DNA of 64,000 nucleotides, taken from assembly GCA_013239625.1 (NCBI GenBank), contig MU053487.1:3431058-3495057 (forward strand). The letters run 5' to 3'. A model generated the notes under the pieces. The model was not told the origin of the DNA. It did not search any database and was given only the letters and a program-made list of their open reading frames with translations. Position numbers and translations under genes: made by a program. Of the stretch, positions 38,801 to 49,700 are shown piece by piece; the stretch's first letter is position 1; each line of letters begins with the position of its first letter. This DNA comes from Lama guanicoe. Its lineage: Eukaryota.

Positions 38801-40510
38801 AGGGTCAGTGTGTCTCCTTGGGTCCCCACTCAGCCCCCGACGTGTTCGGTCTCTGTTGTTCAGCGGGCTGTTGACCTCAGTCCGTTCAAGTGCTTTAGTC
38901 CAACTGAGATTTCCTCAGAGCACTGCCACAAGTTAAGTGTACGTTTAGCCAAATAATTTCTCCGTGAGGGAAAAACGCGCTCGTCCAAATTTGACCAGTG
39001 ATGACAGAGATGAGAGTAGGAAAGAGTAGGCGTCAGCTGGATTTTGATTTGGAAAGTGTCCAAGTCATTGTCAAAGGCTGTCTGGGAGCCAGCGGCCATA
39101 CAGATTATCTGGAGATCTCATCTAGAGTATGCGGACCTCCCGGTGAGGGGAGGAATTGTTAAAATGGCGGCGTCTTTTCCCTCCACCCCCCCACCTTTTT
39201 GAAACTAGAATTCTGTAAAAATGCAGAGAAAGTTGAGTAGTACTTGAGAATTGGGGGTGAGGGTTACCGCAGATGAGAAACATACTTCTAGGTCTCAGTT
39301 CCACGCCACAAATCCACATGCCATTTTTCAACTGTACAAAAGAATCTGCTTATGAATTTGACATGATCTTAATGGTAGCATCAAAGGCCGAATTTTTCAC
39401 GTGTTACTATTTTGCCGCATTTGTCCTTGAATCTGAATAACTTCATACAGTACTGTAAATTTAACTTACGTTGAGTTTGATGTCAATTCTTGTGAAAAGA
39501 GCTTCTGCATGTAACAGACACACAGTTAACACAGCAGAGTACAACATTTTCAGGACCAATTTTGGAACCAACAGAAGATGTCACCTGTCATTTGCCATCT
39601 TATATATATCAGCTTTACCAGCTACTTCTAAATTTGTATATTATTTGTAAGGAAAAGAAAGAAAACCCTAAGACTTGTCTAACTTAGTGGAGAATGTGTG
39701 TGTTGGGTTTAGGATGGATAGCGAAGTCTTATTGAGCTGTGTTATCTAACTTGTATATAAAACTGTAATTAAAAGTTTGGATTCACCTGTTTTCTCGTGG
39801 TTTACAATGATGAGTAATTTGCAAACTCTGGAAATGTGACTAGTATATGATTTAAGACTGTAGAAGTGAGGAAGCTCTTCAAGTGCTAAAACTAAAGACT
39901 AATAGTTTTTGGCTCAAATTCAATTAAGTACTGTCTGTATACCAAGATATGTGAGATGTAAATGTAATAGGTCACTTTTCACCCTTGTAGCTATAAAATA
40001 AAAATTTTGTAGAACAGAAATAGCTTGTACTACTGAATTAACAAGTTATACTAAAGTATCATGTTTAAAAATACATATATATACACAGAGTTAAGCTTGT
40101 TGCTGTTACCCTGTCTGGATTTGGAAAGTGTGCTGATTTATATATATATATATATATAAAAACACACACACATATATATTATATACCCGCACACATCTAA
40201 AATGGCCTAAAGCAGACATCCATGTAATTACAGTTGCAAAATGAAGACATTTTGGAAAGAACATTGTATCATAGTTCATTCATTTGCAGTGGATCTTTGT
40301 TCCTTTTTACTGTGGTAATTTTAGAAATGAGTGTCAAGTTTGAAATTAGATCTGCTACGTTGGGGTTTTGCTGCTTAAACTCTGCACTGGGTCCTCAAAT
40401 AAACCGATGTGAATGTAGTTTTTTCCCCCTGTGTGAAGAAGCAGCCACACCCCAATAGAATAGGAGGAAAAATCTAGAACTATTTCAAGTTTTATCTTTT
40501 TGTATATGAA

Positions 40511-40533
40511 AATAAAATGATAATAATAATAAA
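40511..40533 (+). terminator. Probable distal polyadenylation signals of ACVR2B
   Basis: AATAAA at 40511-40516 and 40528-40533, TGTA just upstream (40501), T/GT-rich sequence downstream. Confidence 0.65.
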
Positions 40534-41131
40534 ACCCTGTTGTCTCTCTTAATCACATGGCAGGGGATTGAGATTTCTTTTCATGGGATTTAGAAAGAAG
40601 TAAAATGGTGTTCTCCCACTTACAGGGCCAACTTGAACATCTCTGTGTGTTCCTGCTTGGAAGACATGAAGTTGTTAATGGTCGAGCACCTTGTCTGCTA
40701 AAGTCCCGGGGGGCCGAAGCTAAACGCAGGTCCCCGTTTCTGCCTGTGGAAGCTCAGGACCTAGTTGGAGACACTGTGGGCTTCTCCTTAATGGACAGTC
40801 CTGGGACTCTGGGTAAGTTCCTTCCAGGGCAAGGGTGTAGTTTCCAAATCCCCAAGAACCCCACACAGAATCCTAACCCCCCTCACTGTCCTATACGTTG
40901 CCAGCAATCCTGAGCAGTATTTTTTGTAAAGTGGAGGAGAGAAGCCTAGAAAGTAAGTTATATTGAGGACCACTGCAGAACAGGAGCTCTGCATTTCCAG
41001 ACATGGCTGGTACCAGGGTCACTTGCTGAACTATGAAGAAATAGTTGTAGGGTACCACCCCAGATCTGAATCATCAAGCTGAGTTTCCTGTTTTGGAGTT
41101 CCTGACTTACCTCCCTAGGTGAAAACATGGT

Positions 41132-41195
41132 TCCCTGCTAATAAAGTAATTATAATCCCTGCTAATAAAGTAATTATAATCTACCACTAATAAAA
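41132..41195 (+). repeat. 24-bp tandem duplication plus degenerate third copy
   Basis: tccctgctaataaagtaattataa twice (41132-41155, 41156-41179). Confidence 0.9.
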
Positions 41196-43169
41196 CAGGA
41201 AAGCCCTAGGAGTCACCTCACTGCTTCTGCAGTGATGTAAAAGATTTTTCTGGCCCGTGGCTGATACTGGCTAAGTGGAGAAGCACCAGCCTTGAAGCCT
41301 CCTCCTGGTGCAGGTCAGTGCCTTTTATATACTGTTTATTATGAAGATGAAACAACCTGCGTGAAACTCTTTGGGACAAGTTTTGATGAAGGGGGCTCTT
41401 TATTTAGGAACCAGTTGTCCAGTTTGGGGTCCATTTTATCCTTTCAGAGTTAGAAACTTCACCTTTTATTAGTGAGTGCCCCTAATGATGAGAAGGAGAG
41501 GAAGGCAAAAGGCTAACATTTGGGAATGAAGATGTTGGATGAACAACGCTATAAAATTGGACTGTAGGGGCCATCTGGTCATTTTTCTTTCAGCAAATGA
41601 ATTCTTCCAGTTAAAAAGGACACAGAAGCAGGTTCATAAAAGCAGGCTTGCCCAAGTGAGCAAGTGGAAGAGGGCTCAGGGGCCATTCAGCCCGCCCTCC
41701 CCTTCCCCTTAATTCTCAAGCACCCCTACTAGGGCTCCCCTGATTACAGTTTTAAAACGACTGGTCCTTCATTTTAAAGATGGGTAAACAGGCTCAGAGG
41801 GAGGTACCCTACCCAGAATCAAGTGGCCTTCTGATTCTCGGCTCTTGGGGCCCAGTGTGGGGGTTCAGTGTTGTCTCCAGGTGCAGGATGTGGATGAGGA
41901 AGAGTCACCTATTGTTATCTCTTCCTAGTGCTTAGCATGATGCACAGCACTTCAGAGGGCCTTGAGAAATACCTCTTAAGTGAATGTGTGTATTTAGTAA
42001 ATTCTGTTGGAAGAAGCCAAAGTAGGTTTGAAACCTGCAGATAGCAGTGTTGCCTGGTTATTTGTCAGGACTCTTGATTGCAAATGACAGACACTATTCA
42101 ACAAAAAGGGGGCTTTGCTGGAAGGCTCCTGGGGCAAGTGGCCAGCCAAGCCTTGGGTAAAGCAGGATGTGTCTTCTTTAAGAGCCTTAGAAGCTGGGGT
42201 CAGCATTGCAGGCCTTCACCTGTCTCAGCGTGTATTCCACTGGTGTTGAGTGCAAGATGAGGTGCATCTGATCTTTGTCTCCTTAGCAGGAAAAAAGGCT
42301 TTAGAGAATGCCAGTTTTATATGTCACAGCTTTGCTACCCAGAGAAAGGTCCAGATCCCAAATCCTTAAACTCTGGTTGACCTAGCTCAACCAATTAGGT
42401 CAGAGGCCCTGGGGATGATAAAAAATGACTTCGTGACAGGTATTCCTGGGGAGGGGGAATGAGGCCAGGAAGCTGTCAAAACAATGTCTACAGTTGAGTT
42501 AGTTGTTAGAAATGGCTTTCTGCTTAGTGAACCAAGTCCACACGGAATGCTGGAAATTGTGCTGCAAAATAAAGAGGACCCATTATGATTGGGAGTGCAT
42601 AAAATAAACATCCTTCCTTTGTCAGCAGGCAGTCTGCAATCTGGATTTTATATTCTATCAAGATAAAAGCAGAGCTGACTAAAAATTGCTAATATTAATG
42701 GCACTTAACGACATGCCTCAGGTTCTTTCCTAAATGCTTTACATGGTTAATCTCCTTTAATCCGCACAAGAACCCTATAACCTAAGAATTATTACTACTA
42801 TCATTATCCCCATTTTAAAAAGATGAAATAGAAGGGTGGAAAGTAGGTGAGTGCGGAATCTAAACCTCCGTTCTGATTCAGGGTCCTAAGCCACTGTGGA
42901 GTACTGTCTTGTCAAGAAAACTCCTTAGGCGGAGCAAAGCTCTCTTTAGAAGTCAGGATTCGTATACCTTGTGACTTTAAAGCCACATATTATGAAGACA
43001 TCCAATGTGTCACAGGTTCTGGAATCAAACCTGAGTTTGAATTTCGGCGCTGAGGACCTGAGTGTAAGCATGCGCTAGTGGTTTACTCACCTATTAAGGG
43101 GGACTAAAATTGTTTTCTTCTCAGACTGTATGCACATACTGAGCCTTCAGGCACCTCATGCTCGCCCAT

Positions 43170-43790
43170 CACCGGGTCAAGTAGGCCAGGTGTGGAGCGG
43201 AGATGCTGGGCCTCCAGGTTTGTCACCAGGGGGCGCGCGAGGCCCTCGGTAGGAAGGGCGTGCGCTTGCGCTCCAGGCCTCTGGCGTCTCCCGGAAGGCT
43301 CAGCGCTTGACGACCCCAGGTAGCGCATGCGTGTCCTGGTCCCGCGGTTGTGATTGGCTTTCAGGCGCCAGGCGCATGCGCTGTGCCAAGAAGGCTGGGC
43401 CCTCGGGCAAGATGGCTGCCAAAAGTTTTGCTTCCCGCGTCCGAGGTTCCCGGCGTTTTTTGAATGGCTTCGTGGCCGGAGCTGTCGTGGGGGCAGTAGG
43501 AGCCGGGCTGACGGTCACGCAGTTCCTCTGGAGTCGGGGCGCTGAGGCAGCGTTGGCGGTGAGGGAGCCGGACGGTGAGTGTGTGGGTCCCCAGGTCTCG
43601 GGCCGGGTTCCTGCCTCGGGCAGGAGCAGTGACCCTCGACGCGCGGCTGTCTCCACTCACCGGGCCCTTGGCGGTCCACCGTCCAGTCTTCGGACTCGGC
43701 CTCCTCTCCCTGCGTCGCGTCCCCCCTGCCTTCTTCCAGGACTTCCTTCCCCTGTGGTCTTACTACCCCCAAATCACGCCGTGTGTGTTT
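43170..43790. promoter_or_regulatory. EXOG promoter CpG island with CTCF, NRF1, ETS/GABPA, CCAAT and YY1 motifs
   Basis: TCACCAGGGGGCGC 43223-43236; TGCGCTTGCGC 43261; CCGGAAG 43291; GCGCATGCGT 43323; ATTGG 43353; GCGCATGCGC 43372; CAAGATGGC 43408. Confidence 0.85.
43412..43574 (+). CDS. EXOG: EXOG exon 1 (mitochondrial targeting sequence and membrane anchor)
   Basis: aagATGG Kozak; Arg-rich N-terminus then hydrophobic GFVAGAVVGAVGAGLTV; donor ACG|gtgagt. Confidence 0.95.
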
Positions 43791-46700
43791 TTAACGTCTG
43801 TGTCCTCCCCTAGATTGTTAGCTCGGACCGTGTCAGTTCCCTTCTCCACTGTGTACACAGCCCTGTCACCTGGTAAACGTAATTGGCATGCAGTAAGCAT
43901 GGATGAATGAATGAACACATGATTTTAGCAGATTAGCTGACTGTCCTCATTTTACCATCGTTCAAGTGCAGAACACCTGTTACCCACTCTTCAGCATATA
44001 TAAGTCCTCAAGTTACCTGAGGTACCTGATATTTGACAAAGTAAATGAGCTCGTGCTCATTTCTTACTGGCCCCGAAATGCTAATTTCACTTGCTCCTTC
44101 AGATACGTAGGATTTAGCAAGGGAACTACTGTGGTGAGTTAAAGCCTGGAAAGTGCATTAAGAGAGGATTATTTTGAGACTGACTCTGTTTAGCGCTGCT
44201 TGGTTTCTCCCACTAGGAAAAACAGTACCAGTTTACCGCAGACTCGCTGCAGCACACATGCCTGGTTCAGTACCAGAACACGGAGAAGAGTGTGGATGAA
44301 AGTGTAAAAGCTGTGCTTTTTGTTCCCAAACTAACTCCGAAAACATCATGAGTGGGTGTCTCCCATTCAGTCATATCTGTGACTGGTAATGGCATGAGTT
44401 TTTCCTTTGCTGGTTTTGTATACACTGTACCTTGTGGGCCAGAGATTTGAAAATTTGATATGAAAGACTAGCAAGATCAGGTCCTTATTTAACAGTTAAT
44501 GAAATAGCCAGAGTTTACCTTGATAGAGCTATACAACTGGTTAAAGGCAAAAACCAGTATTTTACCTGTTGCTGCTGTCTCTTATCTTTGCCTTGTAAGT
44601 AATTGCAAAAATGAGATCTAGTGAATTAAACTGTTGAGTCAGTCCTTTGTAAGTCTTACCCTCCTCATAATTTTTTGTTCCTAGTAAGTCATTAACTGTT
44701 ATTTTTTTCTCCTTTTTTTTTTTTTTCATTTTTAGGTTCTCCAGAAAAGGCTCTCTTGGAACAATTTGGATTCCCTTTAACTGGAACAGAGACTAGGCAT
44801 TACACTAATCATGCCTTATCTTATGATCAGGCAAAGCGGGTGCCTAGATGGGTTCTTGAACATATATCCAAGAGCAAGATAATGGGTAGGTGGTTAGAAG
44901 TAAAGGCATTGATGAAAGATGTTTCCAAATTTAGAACAAGTTGGATTATTAACAGTCTCAATCTTTTTCACATTTCAGCACATTTAGAAAATGATGATGC
45001 TTGTGTGGCTCACTAGATAAATGGACCCTGCCTGGTGGCTGGGGAGCCACGGACCCCTCCCAGCTGTCTCAGGGGCTGCATCTTGACACATGAATCAGAG
45101 GCTTTGTCATAAATATTGCTGCAACGAGCACCGCTCATTCATTACCTCCACAAGTATTTTTCAAGTGCCTTCCATGTGCCTGGGACTGTATTGAGCCTTG
45201 GGGTCGTATCAGTGACCGTAGTAGATGGTTTCTACCCGCAAGGCACTTTGAGTTGGGGAGGGGATGGGTTGACCCATCGCATAATCATGAATGTATAATT
45301 GGTGACAATTGGTAACCAATTGGTAACAGCTGTCGTGAAGGAAAAATGATTGCAAGCTGGGTTAGTATAATTAAGGAGCAGTAAAGAATACGATGAGAGT
45401 GTCTCACAGGAGAACCTGATACTGATTAGTGAGGGCTTCTCTGAGAAAGTGGCCTGAAGGGTAGGTAGCAGTTACCTCAGCAGAGGAGTTGGGTGGGCAG
45501 CGGGATACCGAGAAGAGCATGCCAGGCAGAGAAAGAGCAGCCCAGTTGCATCTTTAAAGACTCCAGAGGGATGAGTTTTGTTCATTAGGGAACTAACAGA
45601 AGGCCAGCATTTCTGGGGCAAGGGAGAATGCGATTCAAAATGAGGCTGGAGGGGATAGGCAGGTGTGTGAGTCTGTTCATGTGTCCTCGTGTCTTAATAC
45701 ATTCCTATAATTAAGATGACCACATTTGGATATTCAGTGTCAGATTGATTCCTGGGTAGATTATTTCAGTTTTCACTCCCATCATCATTCTTTGTCCTGT
45801 CTCTTCCAGCTCTCACCCATAATGAGCATTGAGCTTCACCAATTAATTAGTTCATTTTATTTGCAGTTATTGGTTACCAGTGAGTGTTAATATTTTGTGA
45901 GTTGTTTCTTCGTGAATTATTCTTTATTTCTTTCAGTGGGGATATTCTTTTTTGAATTTAGTAGGAGTTCTTTTTAAAAAATTTTTTTTTCAACCAGTTT
46001 TTGGGGGAGCGGTAGTTAGGTTTTTATTTAATTAATTAATTTTAATGGAGGTGCTGGGGATTGAACCCAGGACCTTGTGCATGCTGACCACGTGCTCTAC
46101 GACTGAATTATAGGCTCTCCCTGTAGTTCTTTTATATTAAGGATATGACTTCTTGTCATAGTTGTCTTATTCCCATTTTGTTATTTGCCTTTTAATTTGC
46201 TATATGGCCCACAAATTATTTCTCCATTGCTTTCCAGTGCATGCTATGTTTAAATATATCAAAATGCTGACATTAAGATGAGTGTGTGCCTTTATAGAGT
46301 ACACATCATCCAGCGGAATAGCAGGAGGCTTAGAATGTGTTTGCTGCTAGAAGGAAACTATGTAAGTATAAACTTTATCATAGCAGTGAGACTTGATTAT
46401 AACTTTACATCAAGGAACACTGAATTGATTTAGTCTCAAGCCTGACCAATTTCCTTTTAATACAAAAATTTTCCCAAGTAGTAATTTCAGCTTTACTAAT
46501 TTCATGTTACTACTAAGTTATTTTCAGAGACATATAAGAAAAGCACTGCATTTCATATTGTAGATCCTGTGAGCTGTGTAGTGTTGAGGTGAAACAGAGC
46601 TGATTTATTTGAAAATGAGAGGCAATATACCTGTGATTTACTTGATTGTAGTGCAAAGAGTCTTCTGTTTTTAGTAATGACAGATTGTGTTATTCAGATT

Positions 46701-49700
46701 AACTCTCCTAAAAACAAGAAATGTTATTAACAGTATGTAAAAAAAGTATATAGAAAAAAAAAATCACTAAAAAAACCCCCACCAAAACCATGAAGAGCCA
46801 ACATGATAGTAGATTTGCAAGGCCAGTATCTGGGGGAACGCCAGAAGCCAGAGAGCTCAGGGCAGTCCTGGTAAACCAAAACCATGTTGCCTTTGGTTCC
46901 GCAGCCTTATGGGGTAAGGGGGACTGAAGATAAGACCTCAACAGAAGTGAGTTTACATCCCCTCTCTAGAAAGTCATCTTCATCCTAGGCTTTTGAAAAT
47001 TCCCAAAAATGATTTTTCAAAGGCATTGAGCACCAGGCAAAGAAAAGCAGACTTAAGAGGAAATGATTCCAATGGTAATGACACTTAGAGAAGTTTACTA
47101 GTAATTCTCTGTATTACCAGTTTTGTTGTTGTTGTTGTTTTAATTTATGGAGTGATTCTGAAAAGTTAGGTATTAGATACTTTACTTTGAACTTTCAGGT
47201 CTGATAATTTAAAAATTTTCTTGATTGAATGAAATGACATTGGAATCAGTCATTTCATTGATCTCCATTTTATACTTTTTTGAGTAGCAGCCCGAGTATA
47301 TTCCTTTTGTCCCCATAATTTTTATAGTTTAACAAGATCTGTCCTAATGACAGCGGAAAATGTCGTGCTCGGATTTGCTGATGTCCACTTTGGCAGACTG
47401 TTCTGGGGGTGTCAGAATATAAGTAAAAATGAGATTTCGTCTCTCCCGCGTGTGCTCAGATATTTTGTTTCAGAGATTTCTGGATTGAACTCATAACCTA
47501 AATGTTTGTTTTGTCATGGCTTAAGAGGCAGTTAAGCAAGATATCAGAGACACTCTCCCCCTCCCCTAGGCTGTGGCTGCCCAGAACAAATTGTTTTGTG
47601 TCTATATATATCCATTATTTCAGTACATATAAACTTGTCAAATACAGTTGTACAAAATACAGTACATGGGGGTCTTTTTAAAAAGCAGGAGTGTTTAGTA
47701 ATTAAGCTTTCTGTACAGCTCAGTTATTTGATTGGTCATTGTTTTTACATAAATACTGTCCAGGGGAACTTTTTCCTTTAACTTGAAAGGCCATAAACAA
47801 AAGTACATGAGATAGCTACACTGTATGAAAACATTCTTTCCTAGACTAGTCCTTGCTAAACTCAGATGAAGTATCTGAACTATCCCAGGAACTTGAGACA
47901 CGCATGCCGTCAGTCAGCACTAGCTGCTCAGAGAGATACCAGCCAGCAGCAACCAGCTTGCCTTGCTTAGAGAAGCTCGAGGGATAGTTGTTCACTGGTA
48001 ACTTACCCATTTTGTGTGTTTTTCTTCAGGTGATGCAGACAGAAAACATTGTAAATTCAAGCCTGATCCCAACATCCCTCCAACCTTCAGTGCCTTCAAC
48101 GAGGACTATGTTGGAAGTGGGTGGTCACGAGGACACATGGCCCCAGCAGGAAATAACAAATTCTCATCTGTAGGCATATTTTTGGGGAGGGATGGGAATA
48201 CAGGCTTGGTGTTATGCATACCGTGGACCCTGGAAATCAAAAACCCAGGAGCGAAGCCCTAAAACTTGAGAATTTTCAACTCTTACTTTGTAATTTTCTT
48301 CCTGACTTTAATCCCTTTTTTGCTCAGACATTTTTAAACAGGTTGAATGAGGAAAACTAAATGCTATGTAGAAGGGAATTGGAAAGCCAGTAGGAGCTAA
48401 AGCTACTCACTCGTTTTTATCTCAAAAAATTTCAGACCTGTGGAGAAGTTGAAGAGAGTCCAGCAAAAACAATTTGACTTGTAAAAACATTGAGGATAGT
48501 ACAGGAAATATGTTTTGATACACTTACTTTACACGTGCAATTTTTTTTAACCACGGACAGTAAATTGCAGACATCGTAACACTTCGTTCCTAAGTAGGTT
48601 GCTCAGGAGATTGTATCAGTCTAAGAATGAGGATGTTTGCATTTACGTCAGGTGTATCATTATACCAGGAAATGTGTGCAGACGTATTTTGTATATTTGT
48701 ACAATAATGTATACAATTCATATTCAGATTTGCCAAACTGTCCCAATTATATCCTTTACAACTTTTTTTGGCTTCAATATCTAATCATGAATTACCCAGT
48801 ACATTTAGTTGTCATGTCTCTTCAGTCTTCTTTAATTTAGGATAATTTTTCTGCCAAAAAAGGGGAGAAATGTTTTTTTCTGACATTGACATTTATTGCA
48901 TAAATTGTTAATGCTTATTGTCATTAAGATAGTGGTTCTCAGCCTTGGATACTCATTATAATCAGTGGGGAAAGTTTTTTAAAAAATCCTGATGCCTGCA
49001 CCTGAAAGCCAGAGCAGTTGAATCAGAATTCTAGGGGGTAGGACCCAGGCATCAATATTTTTTAAAGCTTCCTAGGTTATTTCAATGTGCATCCAAGGTT
49101 GAGAGCTGCTATTTGAAAAGAAGGTATCTGGTGGCCTTGGTGGTTAGTGTAGATCAATGAAAGGAAATCCAGTGACAGAGCCTTGTGTTTGAATCAGAAG
49201 TGTGAGATGAGTGGACACATGGTGCCAGAAATTGAGAAGAACAGGAATTTTTTGGTGCCAATTTTGAAGTAATGTGTTTGTACTGTACTCCTTAAATACT
49301 GCTATCCCTGAAGGCTGACCATTGAGAAACTCTGCCAGAAGTTAGTTCATACAGTCCACGTTACAGGTTGAATTTTATACGTTATGAAGAAAGCCAGCAC
49401 ACCAAACTGCTTCCTTTGTTGAAGTCCTTATTCTGAATAATCATCATTGAGCTTTCTGTCATGAAATAGCTGTGGCTTTCATTTATCTAAACAATCACTT
49501 TAACTGCCTGAAGCTAAGCTAGGAATACGGAACTGCTTTCCTGTCTCTGCTGTGTGAAAATCTCACTCAAAGAGGAAGGCATTTCAGTGCGAGTTATTAT
49601 TTTTATTTCTTTTCACAGAAAGCCATGGCTGAAACCTTTTACCTTTCTAATATTGTGCCTCAGAATTTTGATAATAATGCTGGATATTGGAACAGGTAAG

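Larger units (their letters stand above)
30535..40545 (+). other. ACVR2B: ACVR2B long 3' UTR (~10 kb)
   Basis: Nearly repeat-free, with AU-rich blocks and many miRNA seed matches; ends at an AATAAA cluster (40511, 40528). Mammalian ACVR2B is known to have a very long 3' UTR. Exact end is inferred. Confidence 0.7.
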
